Shown in pieces: positions 19,553 through 29,045 of a stretch of 61,737 nucleotides of DNA; positions within the stretch are counted from its first letter, which is position 1; each line of letters starts with the position of its first letter. The DNA is from an uncultured Acidimicrobiales bacterium (GTDB lineage: Bacteria; Actinomycetota; Acidimicrobiia; Acidimicrobiales; Poriferisodalaceae). The position numbers were made by a program, and so were the translations under genes. The notes beneath the pieces are model-generated. The model searched no databases. It had not been told where the DNA came from and worked only from the letters and a program-made list of their open reading frames with translations. The DNA lies in NCBI GenBank assembly GCA_964350975.1, contig CAYGMW010000001.1:1-61737 (forward strand), in the 5' to 3' direction.

Positions 19553-21531
19553 CCGGTGACGTCGTTCAGCGCTGGGCGGTACAGCTCGCGCTCATAGTCG
19601 GCGACCATACGACCAGCAGTGACGAGTGGTCCGAGGCTCCTCCAGTTGTCCCTCATGCGCTCAAGCCATGCCGTCGACCACGGGGTGCCGTCGGCGAAGT
19701 ACTCCGCTGCGATCTTGTTGGTCAAGATATCCAGTGCCGCTGCTGATTCGGCTCGGTCGCGTGTGGCGGGGTCGGTCGAGTCGCTGTCGGGGATGGTCCA
19801 ACCATTGCGGCCGTCGGCCATCTCGTCCCACCATCCATCGCTGATCGAGCAGTTCAGGCCGCCGTTGAGCGCCGACTTCTCGCCGCTGGTTCCGGACGCC
19901 TCGTGGGGTCGGATCGGGTTGTTGAGCCACACATCGCATCCCGCGTACATCGCCTGGGCGACGGCCACGTCGTAGTCGGGGATGAACGTGAAGCGGTCGT
20001 TCGCGGCCGACGTTTTGCCATAGGCCAGCACGTCTGCAAGCACGGCCTTGCCCTCGTTGTCGGCAGGGTGGGCTTTGCCCGCAAAAACGAAATGCACCGG
20101 GCGGTCATCGCTGGCCAACAAGGCGCCAAGCGCCTCGGGGTGCTGGAGCAAAAGGTTTGCCCGCTTGTACGTCGCAAATCGCCGGGCAAAGCCAACGATG
20201 AGGGCGTCGGGGTCAATCGTGTCGCCGGTGCGTTCGGCGACGAGTTCGGCCAGCTCGACGGAACCGGCTCGGCGCAGCGCCCGGATGGTGTCGTCGTCAA
20301 GGGCCGACACATTGGCCCACGCCGCGGCGTCGCCGTTCTCCCAACCAGCTCCGAGCCGCTCGTCGAACGCGTCTTGGAGCCGGGGCATGGTCCAGGTTCT
20401 GGCATGGATCCCGTTGGTAATCGACCCAATCGCATCGGCGCCGTCGACGCCTGCGAACAGGTCGCGGCTGACCTCGCCGTGCAACTTGGACACACCGTTG
20501 GCTCGCTTGGACGCCTTCAAGCACAGGGCGGCCATATTGAACGCGGCGATCGGGTCGGTTGGGTCGGTTCCGAGCTCGAGGACCTCGTCGATGGTCACCC
20601 CCCACCGCTTCGCCCACGGCGCAAGGTGTCCTGCAGCGAGGGCTGGTTCGAAGCGGTCGATACCTGCGGGAACTGGTGTGTGGGTCGTGAAGACCAAGCG
20701 TGGCCTGATGGTCTCGAGGGCTTCAGTGAGCGTGGCACCTGCCGCGATCTCGCGATCGAGCAGGTCGAAGATCAAGAAGCCGGCGTGACCCTCGTTGAGG
20801 TGGCGCACAGGAGCATCCCACCCCATGGCTGCCAGCGCACGGGAGCCGCCAACGCCCAGAATGAGTTCCTGTTCGATGCGGTGTTGGCGATCGCCGCTGT
20901 ACAGGCGATCGGTGATGGCCCGATGCGTCGCGGAGTTCGATGCAACATCGGTGTCGAGCAACAGCAGCGAGATGCGCCCGACATCGAAACGCCACACGTG
21001 GGCCGTGACGTCAGCGTCCGCAATCGGGACGGTCACCTCGATGCCAGTGTCGTAGCAACCAAGGTCGGCTGGTTCGTATGTTTCGTAGCGCTCGCCCTGA
21101 CGTCCGCCGTCGACTGACTGGCGGAAGAACCCGCCTCGGTAGAACAGGCCAACACCGCACAACGAGATGCCAAGGTCGCTCGCTGACTTCATATGGTCGC
21201 CTGCGAGGATGCCGAGACCGCCGGAGTACTGGGGCACGAGCTCGCTCACCCCGAACTCGGGCGAGAAGTACGCCACGTCAGGGTTGTGTGGCCTGCTCGC
21301 GGTGAGTGCGGCGAGGGCTTCCGCGTGGGCCGCGATGCGGTCGCAAAAATCGGCATCATCGGCCAAGGTCTGGACCTCGGCGGCGCTGAGTTCGCGGGCA
21401 AGAGCCGCAGGATGACGTTCGGCGTCGAAGTTCGGCAGCTCGTTGAACAGCGCTCTGGCCGACTCGTTCCAGCTCCACTGATGGTTCGAGGCGAGGGCCC
21501 CGAGCCGTTCGATCATGTCGGAAGGGTTCAC
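19549..21531 (-). CDS. glgP: Alpha-glucan phosphorylase (GT35, short actinobacterial/archaeal type)
   Basis: 660 aa. It has YFSPEFG, GGLGILAGDH, and FARRFATYKR (PLP-lysine region). It overlaps glgX by 4 bp. Confidence 0.88.
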   Translation of the reverse strand: MNPSDMIERLGALASNHQWSWNESARALFNELPNFDAERHPAALARELSAAEVQTLADDADFCDRIAAHAEALAALTASRPHNPDVAYFSPEFGVSELVPQYSGGLGILAGDHMKSASDLGISLCGVGLFYRGGFFRQSVDGGRQGERYETYEPADLGCYDTGIEVTVPIADADVTAHVWRFDVGRISLLLLDTDVASNSATHRAITDRLYSGDRQHRIEQELILGVGGSRALAAMGWDAPVRHLNEGHAGFLIFDLLDREIAAGATLTEALETIRPRLVFTTHTPVPAGIDRFEPALAAGHLAPWAKRWGVTIDEVLELGTDPTDPIAAFNMAALCLKASKRANGVSKLHGEVSRDLFAGVDGADAIGSITNGIHARTWTMPRLQDAFDERLGAGWENGDAAAWANVSALDDDTIRALRRAGSVELAELVAERTGDTIDPDALIVGFARRFATYKRANLLLQHPEALGALLASDDRPVHFVFAGKAHPADNEGKAVLADVLAYGKTSAANDRFTFIPDYDVAVAQAMYAGCDVWLNNPIRPHEASGTSGEKSALNGGLNCSISDGWWDEMADGRNGWTIPDSDSTDPATRDRAESAAALDILTNKIAAEYFADGTPWSTAWLERMRDNWRSLGPLVTAGRMVADYERELYRPALNDVTG

Positions 21532-21616
21532 TTCGTGACCTGCGTATCCATAGACGAAATATCAACTTTACCGTCGAATGGCAGACCGATCGGCGTGTGG
21601 CTGACAGTCTTGGTTC

Positions 21617-22738
21617 ATGACGTTTCAGAAGTCTGTGGCCGCGGCCCAGAGTTGGTCCCAGCAGCACCTTCCGACACGAGCCGAAGCCCGCGCCACGATT
21701 CCCGCGTGGTGCTTTGAGCGACGCCTCGGCCGGTCGTTGTGGTCGGTTGCGTTGTCGGTTGTGTTGACAGCTGCCATCGGCGTCGCTGCGTACGCGTTCA
21801 TTCCCATGACCTGGCAGTGGTTGCCTGCCTGGTTTGTGTACGCGTTCGTCTGTGGAACTGTGGCCACCGGAGTGTGGGTGATTGCCCACGAGTGTGGTCA
21901 CCGGGCGCTGGCTGAGAGCACCAAGGTGCAAGATGCCATTGGTTTCGTGCTGCACTCATCACTGCTTGTGCCGTACTTCTCTTGGCAACGCAGCCACGCG
22001 ATTCACCACGCGAAGACCAACCACCTGTCCGAAGGCGAAACCCATGTGCCGCGCCGCGCCGACAGCGCACCCGGACGCCGCACGACCGCGGTTCGCGCCC
22101 GGCTCGGGCGCCGGCTGTTTGGCGGCTTCACCCTCGTGTCGAGGCTCCTCTTTGGGTGGCCGCTGTACCTGATTGCTGGGCTCACCGGAGGCCCCGAACG
22201 CGGCGTCACCAACCACTTTTGGCCCCAGGCTCCGTTCTCTGGTGCCTTGTTCCCCAAGGCGTGGCGCGGCCGGGTTCGTTGGTCGTCGGTCGGTGTGTTG
22301 GCAGTCGTGGCGCTGCTCGCTTTGTGGGCGTTCGCTGCGGGAAGCGTGTTCCCAGTGCTGGTGTTGTACGTCGGTCCCTATCTCGTCGTCCACGCCTGGG
22401 TGGTCGCCTACACCTGGTTGCAGCACACCGACGTCGACATCCCTCACCATGAGGGCGAAGAGTGGTCGTTCGTCCGAGGCGTGTTCAACACCGTCGACCG
22501 CCCCTATGGTCGGCTCGTCGACTTCTTGCATCACCGTATTGGCACCACCCACGTGGCCCATCACCTCGATGCTCGGATCCCGCATTACAACGCCCGGGCC
22601 GCTACCCGAGCTCTCGCTGCGGCGTTTCCGGATCTGTATCGGTTCGACCCGACGTCGCCCCGTCGTGCGTTGTGGCGGGTTGCCACCGAGTGCCATGTGG
22701 TCGAGCGGGCGCCGGACGGTTGGCGTTACAGCTCGTAA
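21617..22738 (+). CDS. Membrane fatty-acid desaturase (three His boxes, FAD2/DesA-like)
   Basis: 373 aa. His boxes are HECGH, HAIHHAKTNH and HVAHHL, with hydrophobic helices in between. Confidence 0.88.
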   Translation: MTFQKSVAAAQSWSQQHLPTRAEARATIPAWCFERRLGRSLWSVALSVVLTAAIGVAAYAFIPMTWQWLPAWFVYAFVCGTVATGVWVIAHECGHRALAESTKVQDAIGFVLHSSLLVPYFSWQRSHAIHHAKTNHLSEGETHVPRRADSAPGRRTTAVRARLGRRLFGGFTLVSRLLFGWPLYLIAGLTGGPERGVTNHFWPQAPFSGALFPKAWRGRVRWSSVGVLAVVALLALWAFAAGSVFPVLVLYVGPYLVVHAWVVAYTWLQHTDVDIPHHEGEEWSFVRGVFNTVDRPYGRLVDFLHHRIGTTHVAHHLDARIPHYNARAATRALAAAFPDLYRFDPTSPRRALWRVATECHVVERAPDGWRYSS

Positions 22739-22764
22739 TGCAAGAAAATGCGTGATGCACAAAA

Positions 22765-23775
22765 GTGACAGTCATGACTGATCCCGTCGGTTGGGGCGAC
22801 TGCGATCGCAACGACCCCGAAGTCGTTGCTCTGAGGGAGTACCTGCAGGCCAACAATGGGATCAGGGGTCTCGAGATCGTCGATCCGAGCGAGGTCGAAC
22901 GCGCCACCCGGATTTTTCGCCGCGACGGTTTCGTCGTGGTCGCCAACGCCTTGGCCCCGGATCAGCTTGCGGCGCTCAAGGCTGCCTCTGACCGGCTGGT
23001 ACGCGACATCGTCGCCCTCGACCCTGGCTACACCGGCAACCGCGGATCACACCGGTACTCCTTTGGTGCCGCCAGCATCAACAAGAGCCAGATGCACCTG
23101 CCCGAGTGGCAGATGCTCATCGACTTGCCGACCATCACACCGATCTTGACCTCGATCTGGGAATCGGATCAGTACATGCTCCGGTATGGCAGCGGCGACT
23201 TCTGCCTGCCGGGTGCCGTCGGGTACCAGCCTCTGCATTCGGACATGCGCGACACCATCGATGCCCAGACCACGCCGTTCAGTTCGTTCCGTGACACGAG
23301 GGGACATGTCTCGATTCGAGATATCTCCTGTCCGTACATCGCGGTCAACTTCTTGATGGTCGACGCCACTGCGATCAATGGCTCGACCCGCCAGATCCCT
23401 GGCACCCAGAACTCTCGCGAGCCCTTCCCGACCCGTCGAGAAGAGCCCGAATGGATGAAGCTGAGCACCGTGTGTCCGGCTCCCGCAGGGTCGGCCATGA
23501 TTCGCGACGTGCGGGCGTGGCACGGCGGCACGCCGAACCTCTCCGATGAGGTTCGAGCCATCCCTAACGTCGAGTTCTACGCACCGTGGTTCCGCGAACC
23601 CATCGAGCCATGTATTCCATGGGCTGACTACCAAAAACTGTCCGACCACGCCAAGAAGGTCGCCCGGTTCAGCGCCCTTGACTCAAGCGAGATCCTGGTA
23701 ACTGGTCTGCAACTGGGAGCAACCCCGATTGGACACCAAAAGACCTTGGGCCGGCCCGCACCAGTCGATGACTGA
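22765..23775 (+). CDS. Phytanoyl-CoA dioxygenase (PhyH) family Fe(II)/2OG oxygenase
   Basis: 336 aa. It has FRRDGFVVVANAL, LHSDMRD (HxD) and AWHGGTPN (distal His). Confidence 0.78.
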   Translation: MTVMTDPVGWGDCDRNDPEVVALREYLQANNGIRGLEIVDPSEVERATRIFRRDGFVVVANALAPDQLAALKAASDRLVRDIVALDPGYTGNRGSHRYSFGAASINKSQMHLPEWQMLIDLPTITPILTSIWESDQYMLRYGSGDFCLPGAVGYQPLHSDMRDTIDAQTTPFSSFRDTRGHVSIRDISCPYIAVNFLMVDATAINGSTRQIPGTQNSREPFPTRREEPEWMKLSTVCPAPAGSAMIRDVRAWHGGTPNLSDEVRAIPNVEFYAPWFREPIEPCIPWADYQKLSDHAKKVARFSALDSSEILVTGLQLGATPIGHQKTLGRPAPVDD

Positions 23776-23799
23776 CAGCTCACGACTCACGGCCCGCGG

Positions 23800-24765
23800 C
23801 TAGGCCCGAGCGGCCTCGGTGACCCAGTCCCACAGCGCCTGGCGGCGTTCAGGAGTGTCGCTGCGGCTGGTCGTAGGCAATTTGTGGATCGCACGGACCT
23901 TGCGGTCGAGCCAGAACGTGCCGCTCTTGGCCGCCGAGGCGTCATCGGTCGACAACAGCCAGACGAGCGTGTCGACACCTTCGTGTGGCGTGCGAAGCAG
24001 GGGGCCAAGGACCTTGCCGAACGCTGGCAACGACTCTTCGACGCCAGGCGTGTCGGCCCAACCCGGATGCATGGATTGGAATCTCACCCCTTCGGCCTCG
24101 GGGCGCTTCGCCCACATCTCGTTGAGGGTCACCTGGGCTCGCTTCGCCAGCGCGTACTGCTGTGAGCCGTTGTATGTATTGGGTGGCATCTGCAAACCGC
24201 TCACCGACAAACGGGCCGCGTACATTCCCCCCGATGACATGGTGACGACCTGCCCATCTGGCGCGGCCTGAAGCGGACCAAGCAGCGCCGTCGTCAAGAT
24301 GTGTGGAGCAACCACTTGGACGGCAACCGTGAGTTCCATCCCGACGCTGTTCTCGCGCCGATGGTTGAACAGCGAGCCTGCGTTGTGGACGAGAGCATCG
24401 ATGATCGGATGATTCGACGCCACCTCGGAACCAACTGCCCGAACCCGATCGTGATCGCCGAGGTCACACACATATGGGTACATCTGGCCCGATCCGAGGA
24501 CGTCGAGTTCGGCCTCCAGCTCGGTGAGCTTCGATTCGGATCTCGCAATCAAGATGAGCGATGCGTTCATCGACGCGAGTTCGCGAGCCGCCTGGGCCCC
24601 GAGACCCGAGGTAGGGCCAGTGATGGCGATGAGATGGCCCGCGAGGTCGGTGTTGGCGGGGTCGTCCCAGTCGGCGAGTTGTCGCCGGGCGAGATACCCG
24701 AGCTTGGTGAAGCTGGTCACGATCGGGATCTCGATGAGCCGGTCAGCCACGTTCCGCACGGTCAT
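23800..24765 (-). CDS. SDR family oxidoreductase (extended N-terminus)
   Basis: Track ORF is 23800..24843. Start moved to ATG 24765 (MTVRNV...). It has ITGPTSGLG (TGxxxGxG), NAGS and YALAK (YxxxK). Confidence 0.78.
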   Translation of the reverse strand: MTVRNVADRLIEIPIVTSFTKLGYLARRQLADWDDPANTDLAGHLIAITGPTSGLGAQAARELASMNASLILIARSESKLTELEAELDVLGSGQMYPYVCDLGDHDRVRAVGSEVASNHPIIDALVHNAGSLFNHRRENSVGMELTVAVQVVAPHILTTALLGPLQAAPDGQVVTMSSGGMYAARLSVSGLQMPPNTYNGSQQYALAKRAQVTLNEMWAKRPEAEGVRFQSMHPGWADTPGVEESLPAFGKVLGPLLRTPHEGVDTLVWLLSTDDASAAKSGTFWLDRKVRAIHKLPTTSRSDTPERRQALWDWVTEAARA

Positions 24766-24947
24766 GAACGTCTTGGCCTTGTTGTGATGGACATGGCTCC
24801 ACCTCAGCACACCACTGGGTTGAGGGTGCATCCCCATGCTCATGAACTCCTCACATCTTGTTCAAGAACGTCTTACCTATGGGCCTCAGAGTGATCTTCA
24901 TCAACCACCGCACCGGACAGCCCGGGCGGTCACACCAGGAGAACATC

Positions 24948-25736
24948 ATGAACAAGAAGATCCTTGCAGCGCTCAGCATCCCGGGCCTGATCCTCGGGGG
25001 CGCCGCTGTTGCTGGCGCCCAGACCGACGGCACCGCCACCGGCACCGACGCCGACAACACCGCCACTGTCGAAAAAGCACCAGCTGCAGAGCGCGGCCAC
25101 CGAGGTGGTGCCGGCAAGTTTGCAGAGGCACTCGGTATCGACGCTGCTGAACTTCGCACCGCCATCCAATCCGGCTCGACGATCGCTGAGATCGCAGCCG
25201 ACAACGGCATCGACATTGATTCGGTCATCGCTGACATGGTCGCCGAGGCCGACACCCGAGTCGCTGCCAATCCCGACAGCGAACGGGCCCAGAACTTCGA
25301 CGCCGCTGCTCTCACCGAACGACTCACGTCGATGGTGAACGGTGAAATCGACCTCGCTGATCGAGGCCAGCGCGGCGACAAAGCTGGCTTTGGCGAGACC
25401 GTGGCTGAAGCCCTTGGTCTCGAACAGTCCGAGATCCGTGAAGCGGTCCAGTCCGGTCAGACCATCGCCGACCTGGCTGAGGCTCAGGGTGTCGACCTCG
25501 ACGTCATCGTCGACCAGATCGTGGCTGCTGCCCAGGCTCGAGTTGATGCCAAGCTGGCCGAAGATCCCACCGCCGAGCGAGCCTTGGCCTTCGACGCGGC
25601 AGAGCTTGAGCAGAAGGTGACCGATCGTCTCAACGGTGAGGGCGAGCGCTCGGAGCGTGGGGATCGTGGCAGCCAAGGCGGCCGCGGTGGTGCTCGTGGT
25701 GGTGCGCCGGCAGCCGACGCTGAGGCTGCTGCTTGA
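24948..25736 (+). CDS. Secreted acidic protein with two ~80-aa tandem domains separated by Arg/Gly-rich linkers
   Basis: Start at ATG 24948 is preceded by AGGAGA. The signal peptide is MNKKILAALSIPGLILGGAAVAGA/QT. Repeat 1 is ~25122..25346 and repeat 2 is ~25404..25640 (AEALG...QSG.TIA....G.D.D.....V.....RV....ER...FDAA.L......NGE). Confidence 0.7.
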   Translation: MNKKILAALSIPGLILGGAAVAGAQTDGTATGTDADNTATVEKAPAAERGHRGGAGKFAEALGIDAAELRTAIQSGSTIAEIAADNGIDIDSVIADMVAEADTRVAANPDSERAQNFDAAALTERLTSMVNGEIDLADRGQRGDKAGFGETVAEALGLEQSEIREAVQSGQTIADLAEAQGVDLDVIVDQIVAAAQARVDAKLAEDPTAERALAFDAAELEQKVTDRLNGEGERSERGDRGSQGGRGGARGGAPAADAEAAA

Positions 25737-25759
25737 GCCACATATCGCCCAGCCCCGTG

Positions 25760-25792
25760 CCGGTCCTGCTCGATCGTTCGAGCACGGACCGG
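25760..25792. terminator. Imperfect GC-rich hairpin between convergent genes
   Basis: ccggtcctgctcga-tcgt-tcgagcacggaccgg forms a ~14-bp stem with one bulged C. There is no clear U-tract. Confidence 0.4.
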
Positions 25793-25832
25793 CTTGTGGC
25801 CGTTGTGGGCTGAGCGGTCAGGCCACGAGCGG

Positions 25833-26441
25833 TTAGGCCGGTCGAGTGATGTCGAACAGTTCGCTCGACTTGGAATACCAGTTGCCCGCGTGGCGCCCGA
25901 CTGCTTCAAGCAGGTGTTGGTCGACTCTCGTGCCATCCAGCAGGCGATCTGCGCAGTGCACGACGAGTACCTCGCCGATCACGAGGTGGTTGCCGCCGCC
26001 CGGTCGGCCGATGTGGATGATGTCCGTGACTCGGCATTCCATCGATGCGGCACATTCGCCAACGCGAGGAGCGGCGATCGCGACAGATGCCGCCTTGGTG
26101 AGTCCGGCGTGGTCGAACTCGTCCTCGTCAGCGGGAAGGCTCGCCGCGGTGTCGTTCATCTGCACCACTGTGTCCATGGTGACGATGTTGACGGTGAACT
26201 CACCCGACGTGCGTGCATTGTCGAGGGAGTCCTTGCGGCCTCCGCCCGGAGAGAAGATCACGTGAGGTGGGTCGTTGGCCATCAGGTTGAAGAACGAATA
26301 GGGAGCCAGGTTGGCAACTCCGGTCGTCGACACCGTGCCGATCCAGCCAATGGGTCGCGGAACAATGAGCGCGCTGGTGAGCTTGTAGGCATCGCCAGGG
26401 CTGATGTCGCTGACGAGAAACGTGGTGCTTGGTTCGATCAC
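25833..26441 (-). CDS. Flavin reductase family protein (NAD(P)H-flavin oxidoreductase domain)
   Basis: 202 aa. LIVPRPIGWIGTVSTTGVANLAPYSFFN is typical of the flavin reductase-like domain. Confidence 0.88.
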   Translation of the reverse strand: MIEPSTTFLVSDISPGDAYKLTSALIVPRPIGWIGTVSTTGVANLAPYSFFNLMANDPPHVIFSPGGGRKDSLDNARTSGEFTVNIVTMDTVVQMNDTAASLPADEDEFDHAGLTKAASVAIAAPRVGECAASMECRVTDIIHIGRPGGGNHLVIGEVLVVHCADRLLDGTRVDQHLLEAVGRHAGNWYSKSSELFDITRPA

Positions 26442-26523
26442 TCAGACAGCATGCTGCTGGCAGCGGTCACTTCCAACCGCCCGGGCCTCGCCCAGTAGTG
26501 TCGACCCGAACCTGGGGGAACTG

Positions 26524-28170
26524 ATGAAGCCGTTCACGATCTTCACCGCACGACGCGTCGTCACGATGGAGCCTGCCAATCCGGTGGGTGAGGCTGTTGG
26601 CGTCATCGATGGCCGCATCCTCGGTGTTGGTTCTGTCGAGGAGTTGTCGCGCTGGGGCGACCACGTCGTCGACACCACCTTTGCCGATTCGGTGATCTAC
26701 CCCGGGTTTGTCGAAGCCCATTCGCACCAGCTCGAAGGGGGTATGTGGGCCTTCGAATACGTTGGTTTCTTCGATCGCCGCGGCCCCGATGGCGTGGTGC
26801 GGCCCGGTTTGGCGTCGATCGATGCTGTGGTGAAGCGGCTGCGTGATCTGTCCGACGCCATCGAGGACCCCACAGAGCTGATGGTTGTGTGGGGATTCGA
26901 CCCGATCTATCTCGGGGGTGAGCGCATGATGGCGCACCACCTCGATGCGGTGAGCGAGGTCCGCCCGATCTGTGTGTTTCACGCCAGCGGCCATCTCGCC
27001 ACGGTGAATACCGCATTGATGGTTGCCGAGGGGTTCGCCGAGGGCATCGACATGGAGGGTGTTCCTCTCGACGAGGGCGGGCGACCGCTCGGAGAGCTTC
27101 AAGAACCAGCCGCGATGTCGTTGGCGCGCACCGCTATGGGCCGAATCGCGGCCGCCATGAACGACCCTGCTGCCATCGAACGCCTGGGTTTGCTGGCCCG
27201 TCGCGCTGGCTGCACGACCCTGACCGAGCTGGGTGCGGTGAATGTGTCGCGGCCAGATCTGCGCCAGATGTGGCTTGAGGTCGCGTCTCGCGACGATTTC
27301 CCAACCCGGATCGTCATGTTTCACAACGGCAGCCACGGCCGCTATGCAAGCCATGCCGAGCTCGTCGATGCTGTTGTTGCCATGGCGGCCGAGTCGACCG
27401 ATCGGGTCCGGTTCGGTCCGGTCAAGATCGTGCTCGACGGCTCGATCCAAGGGTTCACGGCCCGTCTCAACTGGCCCGGATACCTCGACGATCGACCCAA
27501 CGGGTTGTGGCTGTACACGCCGGAGTCATTCCGAGACCTGGTGCTCGAATGCCACCGCCGCGGGGTACTCCTGCACGTCCACTGCAATGGCGACGAAGCC
27601 GTCGACTTGTTTGTTGAAGTCATGGCCGAAGCCGAGCGCCTGCACCCCCAGCCCGATCACCGCTATACGGTGCAGCACTGCCAGCTGACGACGCCCTCGC
27701 AGTACCGGCAGATGGCCGCGCTGGGCATGAACGCCAACATCTTCGCGAACCACATCTTCTACTGGGGCGACCAGCATCGCGACCTCACCGTGGGTCCTGA
27801 GCGGGCCAAACGGATGGACGCGTGTGCCACGGCTGCTCGTGAGGGTGTTCGATTCTCCATCCACTCCGATGCGTCGGTCACCCCCTTGGGCCACCTCCAC
27901 ACCATGTGGTGCGCAGTCAACCGGCTGACCGCGACCGGTCAGGTCCTTGGCCCTGACGAGCGCATCAGTGTCGATCAGGCGTTGCGCGCCGCGACGATCG
28001 ACGCTGCCTTCCAGCTGCGAATGGACCACGAGATTGGGTCGCTGCACGCTGGCAAGCTCGCCGACATGGTTGCCCTCGACGCCGACCCAGCCGATGTTGA
28101 CCCGGTGACCATCGCCGACATTGGGGTGGTTGGCACCGTTGTTGGTGGTGTTGTCCACCTCAACGCATGA
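26524..28170 (+). CDS. Metal-dependent amidohydrolase (Amidohydro_3/YtcJ-like)
   Basis: Track ORF is 26404..28170. Start moved to ATG 26524 (MKPFTIFTARRVVTME...). It has PGFVEAHSH (HxH metal motif), HVHCNGD and SIHSDASV. Confidence 0.85.
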   Translation: MKPFTIFTARRVVTMEPANPVGEAVGVIDGRILGVGSVEELSRWGDHVVDTTFADSVIYPGFVEAHSHQLEGGMWAFEYVGFFDRRGPDGVVRPGLASIDAVVKRLRDLSDAIEDPTELMVVWGFDPIYLGGERMMAHHLDAVSEVRPICVFHASGHLATVNTALMVAEGFAEGIDMEGVPLDEGGRPLGELQEPAAMSLARTAMGRIAAAMNDPAAIERLGLLARRAGCTTLTELGAVNVSRPDLRQMWLEVASRDDFPTRIVMFHNGSHGRYASHAELVDAVVAMAAESTDRVRFGPVKIVLDGSIQGFTARLNWPGYLDDRPNGLWLYTPESFRDLVLECHRRGVLLHVHCNGDEAVDLFVEVMAEAERLHPQPDHRYTVQHCQLTTPSQYRQMAALGMNANIFANHIFYWGDQHRDLTVGPERAKRMDACATAAREGVRFSIHSDASVTPLGHLHTMWCAVNRLTATGQVLGPDERISVDQALRAATIDAAFQLRMDHEIGSLHAGKLADMVALDADPADVDPVTIADIGVVGTVVGGVVHLNA

Positions 28171-29045
28171 CAACGGCACCGAGTAGCGACCCCGGGCAGG
28201 TGTGGCTGGGAGGTCGGGTGCCGGTGACCTTGCTGGCCGGATACCTCGGGGCGGGCAAGACCACGGTGGTCAACCAACTCCTGGCTTCGACCGAGCGCCG
28301 GCTCGCGATTCTTGTCAACGATGTCGGCCAGATCGCGGTGGATGCCGAGCTGTTGTCACGCCGTACTGACGGTGTGATCGAGCTGACGAACGGTTGTGTG
28401 TGTTGCAGCCTCGCTGGAGGCTTTGTTGACGCCCTCGAAGAGATTCGCAGCCGGCCCCGCCCCGATCATGTGGTGATTGAGTTGTCAGGAGTGGCCGAAC
28501 CGGCCCGGATTGCTCCCTGGGCGTCGACTGCGGGTTTTCGCCTCGACGGGGTCATGACCCTTGTCGATATTGACCAGATCGCCGATCGCCACAACCACCC
28601 CCGAACCCGTGACACGGTCGAACGCCAGATCGGTGCCTCCGACGTCGTCCTGCGGACCAAGATCGACCTGGCATCGCCTGCTGATGCGAGTGCGGCCAAC
28701 AAGCTCATCGCCCGATTGGCCCCATCTGCTCCGGTCGTCGACGTCGTCGATGGGATGATCGACGAAGCGCTGCTACTCGGCGTGCACCGCAACGAACCCG
28801 CGGTCGAAGCCACCCACCCGGTACCGAACCCTCACCATGTCGAGGTGGTCGATCGGCCCTTCAAGGATCGTGATGGCCTCGATGATTGGTTGGCGCAACG
28901 TTCGCCCGAGGTGGTCCGGATCAAGGGCACGGTGTGCTGTGCGGATGGCTCGACGTGGCGGGTCGATGTGGTCGGAGCCCGTCAGCGCGTGGTGGCCGAG
29001 GAGCGCCAAGAATCGAACGGACTCGTCGTCATCAGCGTGGGTTAG
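28167..29045 (+). CDS. COG0523/CobW-family G3E GTPase (putative metallochaperone)
   Basis: 292 aa. It has GYLGAGKTT (P-loop), GCVCCS (CxCC metal motif) and a C-terminal CobW_C-like domain. It has an ATGA overlap with the amidohydrolase. Confidence 0.88.
   Translation: MTTAPSSDPGQVWLGGRVPVTLLAGYLGAGKTTVVNQLLASTERRLAILVNDVGQIAVDAELLSRRTDGVIELTNGCVCCSLAGGFVDALEEIRSRPRPDHVVIELSGVAEPARIAPWASTAGFRLDGVMTLVDIDQIADRHNHPRTRDTVERQIGASDVVLRTKIDLASPADASAANKLIARLAPSAPVVDVVDGMIDEALLLGVHRNEPAVEATHPVPNPHHVEVVDRPFKDRDGLDDWLAQRSPEVVRIKGTVCCADGSTWRVDVVGARQRVVAEERQESNGLVVISVG

Noticed and set aside
19903-21117. 404-aa plus-strand ORF antisense to glgP (similar long antisense ORFs are 6052..6762, 26467..27450, 42218..43069, 50144..51070)
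   Set aside because: These are antisense to well-supported genes and have low-complexity Arg/Gly/Val-rich translations. Long shadow ORFs like these are expected in high-GC DNA.
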